Positions 1-9,405 of a stretch of 64,000 nt of DNA are shown piece by piece (the stretch's first letter is position 1; each line of letters starts with the position of its first letter). Under the pieces are notes generated by a model. The model was not told the origin of the DNA. It did not search any database and saw only the letters and a list, made by a program, of their open reading frames with translations. The position numbers and the translations under genes were made by a program. The stretch is from a virus (lineage: Duplodnaviria > Heunggongvirae > Uroviricota > Caudoviricetes), in the IMG/VR virus record IMGVR_UViG_3300031994_000001, positions 247,799 through 311,798 of that record, one strand, 5' to 3'.

Positions 1-1
1 A

Positions 2-82
2 CACAAAGGCAACTGCAAATATTGCAAAATCAGACGCGAAATCGAACAAGACAGCCTTATAGCAAAACTTAAAAAACAATAG
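2..82 (+). CDS. 3' end of small hypothetical protein (partial; ...HKGNCKYCKIRREIEQDSLIAKLKKQ*)
   Basis: Open frame 2 from window edge to TAG at 80-82, 2 nt before next ATG. Confidence 0.45.
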   Translation, partial: HKGNCKYCKIRREIEQDSLIAKLKKQ

Positions 83-84
83 TT

Positions 85-561
85 ATGACACCACAAGACA
101 AAGAACTGCTTACAGCGGACATATTCGCAAGATTGCCGTATGGCGTTAAATTGAATTGTGTAATTGATTTCAGAAACGACCTCGAAACCCTTGAAAACAA
201 GGATGTCGTTGAATTTGTGCCAAAGGACATTGCGTTAAACTATAACGGCGTTGTCGTTTATCTTGAGGACAATGACGAGTTTGACCAAGACACAATGAAT
301 GCCATACAAGATTATGTCGAATCGGGATTTGTCACCATTGACAACCTTGTACCATATCTGCGCCCATTGTCAAGCGCAACAAAAAAAGAAAAGAAAGAGT
401 ATGATAAATTAAGAATGTCATTTTACAAAAACGTCAAAGATGCCTCTCTTGTTCTTATTGATTGGCTGAACGCCCACCACTTCGACTACCGTGGTTTGAT
501 TGAACTCGGAATCGCACTTAATGCGCCCGAAGGTATGTATTCAAAAGAAAATAATGCCTAA
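85..561 (+). CDS. Array paralog 1 (LPYG-KPYLRP-HFDYRGL family, function unknown)
   Basis: DIFARLPYG, PYLRPLSS, DWLNAHHFDYRGLIE. Confidence 0.9.
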   Translation: MTPQDKELLTADIFARLPYGVKLNCVIDFRNDLETLENKDVVEFVPKDIALNYNGVVVYLEDNDEFDQDTMNAIQDYVESGFVTIDNLVPYLRPLSSATKKEKKEYDKLRMSFYKNVKDASLVLIDWLNAHHFDYRGLIELGIALNAPEGMYSKENNA

Positions 562-575
562 ACTTAAATAATGTT

Positions 576-992
576 ATGACGACTAAAGATAAAGACCTTT
601 TAACGAAAGACCTTTGCGGCAGGTTGCCGTATGGCATTAAAGTAGAAGTCTGTATAAAAGACAAAGATATAAAATCTGTGGATAATGTAAAATATGACAC
701 AGTTGGCACTTACATTAGGTTAATAGATGACGAGAAATTTTCAGTCAAACCTTATATCCGCCCTATGTCAAGTATGACCGATGACGAAAGGGACGATATG
801 AGAGAAGAGTTGGAATGGGTTGAATCATTCGGAGAGAGGTTCTATGACAAAACCACAGAGTTCTATGATTGGATGAACGCCCACCACTTCGACTACCGTG
901 GACTTATCGAAAAAGGGTTGGCACTTGAAGCACCCGAAGATATGTATTCAAAAGAAGATATGCCTAAACTTAAAGAATATTATGACGACTGA
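576..992 (+). CDS. Array paralog 2
   Basis: DLCGRLPYG, KPYIRPMSSMT, DWMNAHHFDYRGLIEKGLALEAP. Confidence 0.9.
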   Translation: MTTKDKDLLTKDLCGRLPYGIKVEVCIKDKDIKSVDNVKYDTVGTYIRLIDDEKFSVKPYIRPMSSMTDDERDDMREELEWVESFGERFYDKTTEFYDWMNAHHFDYRGLIEKGLALEAPEDMYSKEDMPKLKEYYDD

Positions 993-1416
993 AGACAGAG
1001 ACCTTTTGATGAAAGACCTTTGCGGTAGGTTGCCGTACAAGGTGAGATGCAAATGCGTGAACGGCTTGGGCGGCGGTAAAACCGAAAAAGGCGTACTGAA
1101 ATATGTCGGCAACTGCTACGGTGTCATCAGCAATTACTACGAAGACGTGCCACTCCATTCGGGATTCGTGAACAACGTGTTCTATCCGATTGAGAATGTC
1201 AAGCCGTATCTCCGACCAATGTGGAGTATGACAAATGAAGAACAAAAAGAATTTGTAGGATTTCATTGTGTAAACTTATGCCCTATTATAATGAATGAAA
1301 TGCTCACATTGGAAAATGAAACCAAGATGTTTGACTGGCTCAACACTCATCATTTTGACTATCGTGGATTGATTAAAAAAGGTCTTGCATTGGTAGCACC
1401 CGAAGGAATGTATTAG
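982..1416 (+). CDS. Array paralog 3 (start reassigned to ATG 982)
   Basis: MTTEDRDLLMKDLCGRLPY...KPYLRP...DWLNTHHFDYRGLI. Confidence 0.9.
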   Translation: MTTEDRDLLMKDLCGRLPYKVRCKCVNGLGGGKTEKGVLKYVGNCYGVISNYYEDVPLHSGFVNNVFYPIENVKPYLRPMWSMTNEEQKEFVGFHCVNLCPIIMNEMLTLENETKMFDWLNTHHFDYRGLIKKGLALVAPEGMY

Positions 1417-1417
1417 T

Positions 1418-1702
1418 ATGAAAGGACAATCGTTACAAAGACAGTTCAATTACTTGAAAGAGAGACTTGATAATAAGGAAGGAACACGTATAATTGTGGA
1501 TGAAAACCCTTATTATGGATTTTATGCCGAGTGTGATTGTCTCTATCATACAGAACGACACGGTGATTGGGAATTGGTTATTGACGAAAAGATAAAAAAC
1601 TGTGACTCAAACTGTAAGGAATGTAAAGAATGTGGTTTGTGGAATAAGAAAGGGTATTATTTTATTCCTTGTTCAAATATTTGGAGAATAAGATTGGATT
1701 GA
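1418..1702 (+). CDS. Cys-rich hypothetical cargo protein
   Basis: 94 aa ORF, AT-rich, CxxxCxxCxxC cluster; stop lies in TGGATTGATT repeat. Confidence 0.7.
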   Translation: MKGQSLQRQFNYLKERLDNKEGTRIIVDENPYYGFYAECDCLYHTERHGDWELVIDEKIKNCDSNCKECKECGLWNKKGYYFIPCSNIWRIRLD

Positions 1703-1755
1703 TTCCGATGGGTCTGGCGTTGGCTGCACCCGAAGGAATGTATCAAATACAATAG
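1696..1755 (+). pseudogene. Orphan 3' fragment of an array paralog (GLIPMGLALAAPEGMYQIQ*)
   Basis: Direct translation of 1696-1755 matches the family C-terminal block but has no N-terminal part. Confidence 0.85.
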
Positions 1756-1758
1756 ATT

Positions 1759-2247
1759 ATGACAACAGAAGAAAAACAATTATTGGTGAAGGACATCTGT
1801 GCAAGGATTCCGTTTGGATTAAAATGCACAACAAAAGCAAACAGTTGGCAGGGCGCATATCAGATAAGGGGTTGTTTGGACGGCAAAATATTCCTTGACT
1901 GCCACGAATACAACGAGGGCGATGACGAATGGCTCGTTCAGAATATCGTCCCATATCTCCGTCCCATACAAAGTATGACCGATGAGGAAATGGAAGACTA
2001 TGCAAGATACAAATTCTCGTCAGACGAAATTTGGGAAATCGTTGATTTCAAACGGACGGGCAAGGGATTCATAAATGTAAACTGCAAGAACAGAAATGAC
2101 GCAAGCGCACAATGGACGTTCCAAGTCAATCAAAAAAGCCCGCTTGAAAACCATAAAGGCATTGATTGGCTCAACGCACGCCACTTCGACTACCGTGGGC
2201 TTATAAAAATGGGATTGGCTAAAAAAGCCGCCGAAGGAATCTATTAA
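1759..2247 (+). CDS. Array paralog 4
   Basis: DICARIPFG, PYLRPIQSMT, DWLNARHFDYRGLI. Confidence 0.9.
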   Translation: MTTEEKQLLVKDICARIPFGLKCTTKANSWQGAYQIRGCLDGKIFLDCHEYNEGDDEWLVQNIVPYLRPIQSMTDEEMEDYARYKFSSDEIWEIVDFKRTGKGFINVNCKNRNDASAQWTFQVNQKSPLENHKGIDWLNARHFDYRGLIKMGLAKKAAEGIY

Positions 2248-2258
2248 ACCGAACAGAT

Positions 2259-2639
2259 ATGACTGAAGAAGAAAAACAACTGCTTTTCACAGACCTATGC
2301 GCAAGACTGCCATACGGTGTGATATTAGACAACGGGGTAAAACTGCGTACAATAGACGCATTGACAAAAGTGATAAGCGGTGACGGCTCGGACAGAAATA
2401 TTGAGTTCGTCAAACCTTACCTGCGCCCAATGTCAAGCGTTACGGATAAGGAACAGTATGAATACGACCACGCAATAGAAAACAATAAATTCACTGGGTT
2501 CCGAGGCAGGATTATTTGGGGTTTGGATTGGCTGAACGCACATCATCTTGACTACCGTGGTTTGATAGAAAAGGGGTTGGCACTTGAAGCACCCGAAGGA
2601 ATGTATAAAACGCCAAACATAAAAAATCAAGAATTATGA
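2259..2639 (+). CDS. Array paralog 5
   Basis: DLCARLPYG, KPYLRPMSS, DWLNAHHLDYRGLIEKGLALEAPEGMY. Confidence 0.9.
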   Translation: MTEEEKQLLFTDLCARLPYGVILDNGVKLRTIDALTKVISGDGSDRNIEFVKPYLRPMSSVTDKEQYEYDHAIENNKFTGFRGRIIWGLDWLNAHHLDYRGLIEKGLALEAPEGMYKTPNIKNQEL

Positions 2640-3127
2640 CAGAGGACGACAAAAAACTTCTATTAAAAGACCTATCAGCGAGATTGCCGTACAATGTGAA
2701 AGTCTTGTGCAGTTACTATGACGACACAGATGACACAGAACCGACAGTAAAAACATTCACTCTCACCGAAATAAACACGGAGAACGGCAATCACCCATAT
2801 TGGATAGGTGGCGAACAGTTGCAGGATAGCGGTTTTTCCAACGGCACTACGTCTTTCGCCGTGAATATAGACGATGACTTGCAATACATCAAGCCGTACC
2901 TGCGACCAATCACAAGCATAACGGGGAACGAGGAGCGGGAAATAAGAAATTTCTTCAGAAAGTGTATTGACGATTTACACGGAAAATCAAGCGAGGAACA
3001 ATTTTTTCTTGGTTTTTGCCAAGACGCGGAATCACTTGACTATCTCAATATGCACCATTTAGATTATCGCGGTCTGATTGGGATGGGGTTGGCAATCGAA
3101 GCCCCCGAAGGAATGTATGAAATCTAA
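2636..3127 (+). CDS. Array paralog 6
   Basis: DLSARLPY, KPYLRP, DYLNMHHLDYRGLI. Confidence 0.9.
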   Translation: MTEDDKKLLLKDLSARLPYNVKVLCSYYDDTDDTEPTVKTFTLTEINTENGNHPYWIGGEQLQDSGFSNGTTSFAVNIDDDLQYIKPYLRPITSITGNEEREIRNFFRKCIDDLHGKSSEEQFFLGFCQDAESLDYLNMHHLDYRGLIGMGLAIEAPEGMYEI

Positions 3128-3131
3128 TGTT

Positions 3132-3335
3132 ATGACAAAGAACGAATTACACAGACTGATGAAGTTGCTTTCCTACAAGGAACAGCACAAGGATATTTTG
3201 AAAAAACTGCACAACGATGCACAGATAATCTACGATGGGTTTGCCACAGAGGGATTGGTTACAATCTATGAAATGTGCAGTGACGAATGCAAAGACAAAT
3301 TGGTTTCCATTCTATTGGAGACAATTCAACAATAA
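3132..3335 (+). CDS. Hypothetical cargo protein
   Basis: ATG 3132 just after paralog 6 stop; fills gap. Confidence 0.6.
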   Translation: MTKNELHRLMKLLSYKEQHKDILKKLHNDAQIIYDGFATEGLVTIYEMCSDECKDKLVSILLETIQQ

Positions 3336-3346
3336 AACATACAGTT

Positions 3347-3802
3347 ATGACAGAACAAGAAAAAGAATTGCTTATTAAAAATTATTGCGCGAGACTTCCT
3401 TACGGGTTGAAACTGAATTTCTACGCACGCGCAACAAACGAAAACGTGTTATGCACGCTGTTGGGTATCGAACCCGAAAGCGACAAACCCATAATCGCCA
3501 AAACGGACAACGGGTCGTTCACATTCACGCAAGACCACGTTAAGCCATACCTGCGCCCGCTCTCAACTATGAAGCAGGAAGAGTGTGACGAATGGGGTGA
3601 AATAATATATCAACCGTTAATAAAACTCGAACAATATGATTATGAAGGGCTTGGTGTGGAACGCGCACCATATTGCTTCGCGGAAAGTAACGCCAACGCT
3701 TTTGAATGGATGCTCAAAAAACAATTTGATTACGACCATTTAATCGAAAAAGGTCTCGCGCTCGAAGCCCCAGAAGGAATGTATGAACATAAAAGCGAAT
3801 AG
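3347..3802 (+). CDS. Array paralog 7 (start ATG 3347)
   Basis: YCARLPYG, KPYLRP, FDYDHLIEKGLALEAPEGMY. Confidence 0.9.
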   Translation: MTEQEKELLIKNYCARLPYGLKLNFYARATNENVLCTLLGIEPESDKPIIAKTDNGSFTFTQDHVKPYLRPLSTMKQEECDEWGEIIYQPLIKLEQYDYEGLGVERAPYCFAESNANAFEWMLKKQFDYDHLIEKGLALEAPEGMYEHKSE

Positions 3803-3804
3803 TT

Positions 3805-4407
3805 ATGACGCAAGAAGATAAAAAACTGTTGTTGACTGACATCTGCGCACGATTGCCATACGGATTGATGTTCGCCCTTTGGAACGATTACCGCAAAGAG
3901 TTCTGTTGGGAAGTGCAAGTTAGCGGATTGGAATACGCGAACGCAAAACCTATTTTCGTATTCGACAAACCATCTTATCGAAAACACGGCATAGAAACAA
4001 TCAAGCCATACCTGCGCCGCATATCGTCTATGATTGACGATGAAAAATCGGAGTACGCTAACTTTTGGAGTTATGACGAATATGACGAAGCCATACTCAC
4101 ACCCGAAGACGCTGTACGCTGCGGCGATTGGCTTGACGCTCATTTCTTCGACTATCGCGGACTGCTCGAAAAAGGATTGGCACTCGAAGCACCGAGCGGA
4201 ATGTATGCTGCCTTGAACAAAGAAACGCATACCCCGATGACCGTTGAGGAAGCAAAGGCGTTCATTCGTCAGCACAATGTGGTGCATCCGAGGTGCAGGC
4301 AATGCAAGGAAAGTTTCTGTGACGGCTGTGCCGAGATTGTTGACAGAGAACTCGTGAACGATGTCATAAGCGGCAAGATAAACGAAATCAACTGTTTTGA
4401 ATTTTAA
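3805..4407 (+). CDS. Array paralog 8 with C-terminal CxxC-x4-CxxC extension
   Basis: Family blocks plus HPRCRQCKESFCDGC tail. Confidence 0.9.
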   Translation: MTQEDKKLLLTDICARLPYGLMFALWNDYRKEFCWEVQVSGLEYANAKPIFVFDKPSYRKHGIETIKPYLRRISSMIDDEKSEYANFWSYDEYDEAILTPEDAVRCGDWLDAHFFDYRGLLEKGLALEAPSGMYAALNKETHTPMTVEEAKAFIRQHNVVHPRCRQCKESFCDGCAEIVDRELVNDVISGKINEINCFEF

Positions 4408-4411
4408 TGGT

Positions 4412-4873
4412 ATGGATAAAGAAAAAGAAAAGATAAAATACGCAGACATCTGTGCGAGGATTCCATACGGGGTGTATGTGTTTGTTGAAACAATCCCGAA
4501 AGACGACTGCGTGTGCAGGCTTTGGAAAACCGACTGCACGAATGCTGATGTGAGGAACAAATGTAAAACATACAATGTATCGCTTGACCATATCAAGCCC
4601 ATATTGAGACCGTTTAAAGATATGTCAACCGATGAGGTTGACAATCTCAACACCATACTGCAAAAATGCAAAATGACAGAACTTTCCGCTTCTAATGGTT
4701 CTGACGTGGCGCAGATTATGCAGAATCTGAACATAAGTGCAATGGCTGAAATATTGGACTACCTAAACTCAATTCACATTGACTACCGTGGTCTTATAAC
4801 AATGGGCATCGCCGTCAAGACCGAAAAATCAATAATAGAAAAATACATTAAAAAGGACACCAATGGCAACTAA
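4412..4873 (+). CDS. Array paralog 9 (subtype B)
   Basis: DICARIPYG, KPILRP, DYLNSIHIDYRGLI. Confidence 0.88.
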   Translation: MDKEKEKIKYADICARIPYGVYVFVETIPKDDCVCRLWKTDCTNADVRNKCKTYNVSLDHIKPILRPFKDMSTDEVDNLNTILQKCKMTELSASNGSDVAQIMQNLNISAMAEILDYLNSIHIDYRGLITMGIAVKTEKSIIEKYIKKDTNGN

Positions 4874-5111
4874 AAAAGAATTTACCGTCACCTACACCTA
4901 TATCAAAACGGATGACGGTACAAAAATGTTGAAAGCACCGCAATTCGGCGGCAACTACACGGAGCAGGAACGCGAGGAACTGCTTGACTACGTGTTGGAC
5001 ACGGAGATTTCCCTTACAAATCATTTTGAATGTCCCGCCGCTTACAGTCTGAAAAACGCTTGGGAATCATACAAGATGGAAAAAGAGTTGAAAAAGAAAT
5101 TCAAAAAATAA
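4863..5111 (+). CDS. Hypothetical cargo protein
   Basis: 82 aa ORF, translationally coupled. Confidence 0.65.
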   Translation: MATKKEFTVTYTYIKTDDGTKMLKAPQFGGNYTEQEREELLDYVLDTEISLTNHFECPAAYSLKNAWESYKMEKELKKKFKK

Positions 5112-5115
5112 CACT

Positions 5116-5328
5116 ATGGACAGTTACAATATAAAGGACAACAAGTTTGTTAGGAATATAAGCCCATTTGAGAGTGTGTATTTGAGAAATGATGTCATAG
5201 CATTCCTCAACCGTTGGTTGGAATACTATGAGGACAAACTTAAACGCGCACAAACAGACAAAGAAAAGTTGGAATATGAGGGGTCGGTCAACGCGATAAG
5301 AATATTGAAAGATGAACTTAAATCATAA
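5116..5328 (+). CDS. Hypothetical cargo protein
   Basis: 70 aa ORF in operon-like packing. Confidence 0.65.
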   Translation: MDSYNIKDNKFVRNISPFESVYLRNDVIAFLNRWLEYYEDKLKRAQTDKEKLEYEGSVNAIRILKDELKS

Positions 5329-5332
5329 AGTT

Positions 5333-5779
5333 ATGGCAGAAGAATATATACAATTCAAAAGAGGCTGCGTTTACAAGTCGCTGAAGGACTTTAGCAGAAT
5401 GAACCCCGATTGTTTCTGTGCAGGCGATTGGCTGTTCTCAAAGAACTGTATTTACCGTTGTGAGGAAGACGGCACGCTCAATGCCTGCGGCGGCACATAC
5501 AAAGACGAGAAAATGCCAATCGAATACGAGAAAGACTTTGTTCTTGTCGGGCATTACGATTACAAACTATGCGATTACGAACTGCGCAAGAAAGCAATGC
5601 AGGAGGCGTATGAAAAACGCTACTTCGACTTCGACAAATTCTATTCCGCATACTGCGAGATACTTGAACAGTTGGACGAAGAAAACAGCAAAATAGACGA
5701 AAAAACCATCAGATATATTGACGGGCAGGTCGGTCAGTATTTTGACGAATACGGCAGCGTCAGTGAAAGTCTTATATAA
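5333..5779 (+). CDS. Hypothetical cargo protein
   Basis: ATG 5333, phage-like codon usage. Confidence 0.7.
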   Translation: MAEEYIQFKRGCVYKSLKDFSRMNPDCFCAGDWLFSKNCIYRCEEDGTLNACGGTYKDEKMPIEYEKDFVLVGHYDYKLCDYELRKKAMQEAYEKRYFDFDKFYSAYCEILEQLDEENSKIDEKTIRYIDGQVGQYFDEYGSVSESLI

Positions 5780-5789
5780 ATTGTGTACT

Positions 5790-6191
5790 ATGCGTTCAGA
5801 CTACAATGAACTTGTTTGGAAAGACCTCTGTGGCAGATTGCCATACGGCGTAAGATGTTACGTTCCGACTCACGATGAGGTTATGCGGCTGACGGGTCAG
5901 CGGCTAAACTATCTGTGCTTTCACAAGGACAGTTTCGGATTGGATTACAGTCACGAGATTGAGACTGTGTTAGACCCGTGGAACAGCGACATTATCGTAA
6001 GACCATACCTGCGCCCGCTTTCAAGTATGACAAAGAAAGAAAAAAAAGAGTATGCCAACCTTGAAGAATACAACTACGTGCAAGCCGTTGATTGGATGTA
6101 CGAACACCATTTCGACTGCCGTGGTCTTATCGAAAAAGGATTGGCTTACGAAGCACCGAAAAATATGTACGCAAAAAGAAAAAGAATATGA
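5790..6191 (+). CDS. Array paralog 10 (start ATG 5790)
   Basis: DLCGRLPYG, RPYLRPLSSMT, HHFDCRGLIEKGLA. Confidence 0.9.
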   Translation: MRSDYNELVWKDLCGRLPYGVRCYVPTHDEVMRLTGQRLNYLCFHKDSFGLDYSHEIETVLDPWNSDIIVRPYLRPLSSMTKKEKKEYANLEEYNYVQAVDWMYEHHFDCRGLIEKGLAYEAPKNMYAKRKRI

Positions 6192-6577
6192 CAAACGAAG
6201 ATAAGTCGTTATTGTTTGCAGACCTTTGCGGCAGGTTGCCATACGAAGTTCAATGTGAATACACATCAATCCAAAAAGGGCTGGAACTGTGTAATGTAAT
6301 TGGAACATTGACTTGTGTTGAAAAAATTGTAAATGCCTATAAAGTTGAAGTGGATAGGCATTTGGTTGGTTTTTCCGACTTCAAACCATATCTCCGACCG
6401 TTATCCGATATGTCGGAGTTGGAATCTGTATATTACAACACAGCATTTGTATATAAGAAATTCCACGAAAAAACAGATTGGCTTAATGCCCATCATTTCG
6501 ACTACCGTGGATTGATTGAAAAAGGGTTGGCTCTTGAAGCCCCAAAAGATATGTACGAAAAAATAAAAAAGTTATGA
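6188..6577 (+). CDS. Array paralog 11 (start ATG 6188)
   Basis: DLCGRLPY, KPYLRP, DWLNAHHFDYRGLIEKGLALEAP. Confidence 0.9.
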   Translation: MTNEDKSLLFADLCGRLPYEVQCEYTSIQKGLELCNVIGTLTCVEKIVNAYKVEVDRHLVGFSDFKPYLRPLSDMSELESVYYNTAFVYKKFHEKTDWLNAHHFDYRGLIEKGLALEAPKDMYEKIKKL

Positions 6578-7014
6578 CAAACGAAGATATGCAACTTCTT
6601 ATGACCGACATCGCGCCGAGACTGCAACACAAGTTGAAATTTAAGGCGGAATCGTTCCACGACAATTACAAATTTGAGAACGATATTCTTGAATTGTGGG
6701 GCATAAACTATATATCGGGCGGTTGGATTATGTTGGATTTCAGAGGCTGTATGAATGTGACTGCCCCAATTGAGCGTTACAAGCCGTACCTGCGCCCTAT
6801 GTCAAGTATGACAAAGGAAGAATGCGAGGAATGTATGCCGTTGTTTGACGTGATGGATGACAACTACATACCCCACGAAGAATGGTCTTACCGTGCGTTT
6901 GATTGGCTCAACGCGCATCATTTCGACTACCGTGGACTGATTGAAAAGGGGTTGGCTATTGAAGCCCACGAAGGCATTTATGAAGTGAAAGGAGGTTCGG
7001 TATGCCAGTCATAG
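6574..7014 (+). CDS. Array paralog 12
   Basis: Degenerate first block (DIAPRL), KPYLRPMSSMT, DWLNAHHFDYRGLI. Confidence 0.9.
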   Translation: MTNEDMQLLMTDIAPRLQHKLKFKAESFHDNYKFENDILELWGINYISGGWIMLDFRGCMNVTAPIERYKPYLRPMSSMTKEECEECMPLFDVMDDNYIPHEEWSYRAFDWLNAHHFDYRGLIEKGLAIEAHEGIYEVKGGSVCQS

Positions 7015-7829
7015 CACCCGTGGTTTACCCTTATCTGTACGGCAATCTGTTTGACGGATGGGCGAGAATGGGCGAACTGAAAGCAAAGGAAGCCAACGAA
7101 CAATGGCATAAATCACTGAAATCAAAATTCATTGAAAGGTTCAACGCGCTCGGATTCAACATTATAGCAATGGATTCTTTGTCTTACGGGGCAAGGTGCT
7201 TTGTTGCAAGCAGGAAATACCCGAATCTGTATTCCTCATTCGAAGTATCGTTGGATAATGTGACGAACTCCGTCACTTGGAAATGCTATCTGAAGGAAAG
7301 GCATTGGAGTACATTTGATGTTAGCCTTACTAACTTGCTGTCTATGCTCGGTATGATGTCCAAAGTGACAAAGAAAGTCGGTCTGTTCGGTCTGTTCAGA
7401 AAAGAAGTTTCGCCCGAACCGCTTATGTCATTGGAACAATTCTACGAAACAGCGGAAATGTCATTCAAGGAAATCGGTGTCACGCCAACACCTTATAAAT
7501 TCATATACGAGGACAACAATGACGATGAAATACACGAGGAATTGGACAGAGACACAAATTGGTTCAGCTACCATTATGAAATGCTGCATTTCACTTTGGG
7601 CAAAGGCGATATTATTCCGTTGAACAACAAGGAACTTGATATGAAAACATTGGGTGAGATAGTCAAATACAACACGGGTCGCGACCTGCGTTATGACGAA
7701 TGTCCTTGCGGAATCCAAACGACTGCTATGGTGAAACACCATCTGAAGATAGATATGATGCAGTACAGACTTCTGCAAATGTTCAAGAACAACACAGTCG
7801 GCGAATCCATAAAATTACAAGCAAAATGA
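7002..7829 (+). CDS. Hypothetical cargo protein
   Basis: 275 aa ORF, no motif recognised. Confidence 0.75.
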   Translation: MPVIAPVVYPYLYGNLFDGWARMGELKAKEANEQWHKSLKSKFIERFNALGFNIIAMDSLSYGARCFVASRKYPNLYSSFEVSLDNVTNSVTWKCYLKERHWSTFDVSLTNLLSMLGMMSKVTKKVGLFGLFRKEVSPEPLMSLEQFYETAEMSFKEIGVTPTPYKFIYEDNNDDEIHEELDRDTNWFSYHYEMLHFTLGKGDIIPLNNKELDMKTLGEIVKYNTGRDLRYDECPCGIQTTAMVKHHLKIDMMQYRLLQMFKNNTVGESIKLQAK

Positions 7830-8314
7830 CAATAGAAGAAAAGAAACTTTTGGCAAGAGACCTTATCGGCAGAATCCCATACGGCGTGATGATTCGGCAC
7901 AATAATAGCGGGGTCGTGCGTGTGCTTCACGACATATCCGTTTACCCGAAATATGATGGCAACGATATATGCGACTATCTGTGCAACATTATGTTCTTTG
8001 GTAGGAGCATATCTGTCGAATATTTCAAGCCTATCTTGCGACCCGTATCGGATATGACAAAAGAGGAAATTGAGCATATCTGCAAAATATGCTATTTCGG
8101 CAATCCCGCAGACGACTATGACAAACACGACCATCGCGGTGTTGAGATTGTGTCATACATATACAAGAGTATGCAAGAACCGCACACGGATGTTACCTTT
8201 GACTTCGATGAGGTCGCCGAGATAACCGACTACCTCAACTCACGTCACATTGACTATCGCGGGCTTATCGAAAAGGGTCTTGCAATAAAATCCGAATCAA
8301 GCGAATATTTCTAA
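7826..8314 (+). CDS. Array paralog 13 (subtype B; start ATG 7826)
   Basis: DLIGRIPYG, KPILRP, DYLNSRHIDYRGLI. Confidence 0.9.
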   Translation: MTIEEKKLLARDLIGRIPYGVMIRHNNSGVVRVLHDISVYPKYDGNDICDYLCNIMFFGRSISVEYFKPILRPVSDMTKEEIEHICKICYFGNPADDYDKHDHRGVEIVSYIYKSMQEPHTDVTFDFDEVAEITDYLNSRHIDYRGLIEKGLAIKSESSEYF

Positions 8315-8330
8315 ATAAATTAAACAAATT

Positions 8331-8723
8331 ATGAAAGACATAGTAAAAACACAAAGACTTGAACAACAGTGTTGCCACTGTGACAATATTGAAAACGTAC
8401 TTAAATCCGCATCCGAAAGGTATAGAAAGATTCGTGCCGATGAGGAAGTGCTTATAGGTGAATACGGAGCGATTGTAAGACATATCAAATCATTCAAAGA
8501 CTACGAGTATTTCATTGACGCATTCTTCGACAAAGGAAACGACTATATTGAGTTGTATTCAAAGTTCAATATGGTTAGAATACACGGAAACTTTGTTGAA
8601 TTGAAGTATGAACCGATTTATGCAAGATATGACAAGAACAACTATTCTTTCGGAGTATGTACAATTGAGGATATTCTGAACATAGATAAAATCATTGAAA
8701 AACAGAAACAGAAATATTTGTGA
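8331..8723 (+). CDS. Hypothetical cargo protein
   Basis: 130 aa ORF. Confidence 0.7.
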   Translation: MKDIVKTQRLEQQCCHCDNIENVLKSASERYRKIRADEEVLIGEYGAIVRHIKSFKDYEYFIDAFFDKGNDYIELYSKFNMVRIHGNFVELKYEPIYARYDKNNYSFGVCTIEDILNIDKIIEKQKQKYL

Positions 8724-8724
8724 T

Positions 8725-8970
8725 ATGGCAAACACAAAGCACACCTATTATGTCGAATACGTGTACGAGTACGAAATCTTCCTGCCCGAAGACAACGAAT
8801 GGTTCAAGGACGAAATGTGCGATGCCAAAATCGTATGCGACCAACTGAAACGGGATATACCCAAGTATCTTAAAGAGAAAGTCCTTGAAGATTTGAAGTT
8901 CGACAACATAAGGAATTTCAAATTCAAGATAACGGATATGTACTTAACAAGTGACGATGCCCGTCTATGA
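8725..8970 (+). CDS. Hypothetical cargo protein
   Basis: ATG 8725 one nt after previous stop. Confidence 0.65.
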   Translation: MANTKHTYYVEYVYEYEIFLPEDNEWFKDEMCDAKIVCDQLKRDIPKYLKEKVLEDLKFDNIRNFKFKITDMYLTSDDARL

Positions 8971-8991
8971 TTTCGGATTTTTTATTATATT
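8971..8991 (+). promoter_or_regulatory. Putative phage-specific promoter motif TTNCG(N)A..TTTTTATTATATT
   Basis: Intergenic; same motif at 11156, 17896, 25625, 27282, 45783 and on minus strand 52559-52578. Confidence 0.65.
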
Positions 8992-9012
8992 CTTATATAA
9001 GTTATATATGCA

Positions 9013-9405
9013 ATGGACGAAAAAGATTTGACAATAAAAGATTTGTGCGCACGCATCCCATACGGCGTTATGGTTCACGTTCACATTGACAAAGATTGCA
9101 TTGACGCGCACAACCACATTTACAGCGATTATGACAGACCGCTTGACACCGAGTGTTTCAATTGGTATGTCGGGTTGGACGGCGTTACGCTGAAGCCGTA
9201 CTTGCGTCCTATGGAAGATATGGACAAAAACGAAAAAAGCGACTACCAATACATAACCGAGCAGTGGATGTACGATGCCGAACATACCATAAGCGAAAGC
9301 ATAGATTGGCTGAATGAGCGACATTTCGACCATCGTGGATTGATTGGGAAGGGTCTTGCGATTGAAGCACCGAAAGAAATGTATAAAAACAAATTAAAAT
9401 TATGA
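9013..9405 (+). CDS. Array paralog 14
   Basis: DLCARIPYG, KPYLRPMEDM, DWLNERHFDHRGLI. Confidence 0.9.
   Translation: MDEKDLTIKDLCARIPYGVMVHVHIDKDCIDAHNHIYSDYDRPLDTECFNWYVGLDGVTLKPYLRPMEDMDKNEKSDYQYITEQWMYDAEHTISESIDWLNERHFDHRGLIGKGLAIEAPKEMYKNKLKL

Noticed and set aside
3730-4734. Long antisense ORFs (e.g. 3730-4734, 30792-31697, 40425-41141, 45808-46509)
   Set aside because: Shadows of well-supported genes on the opposite strand; no recognisable motifs
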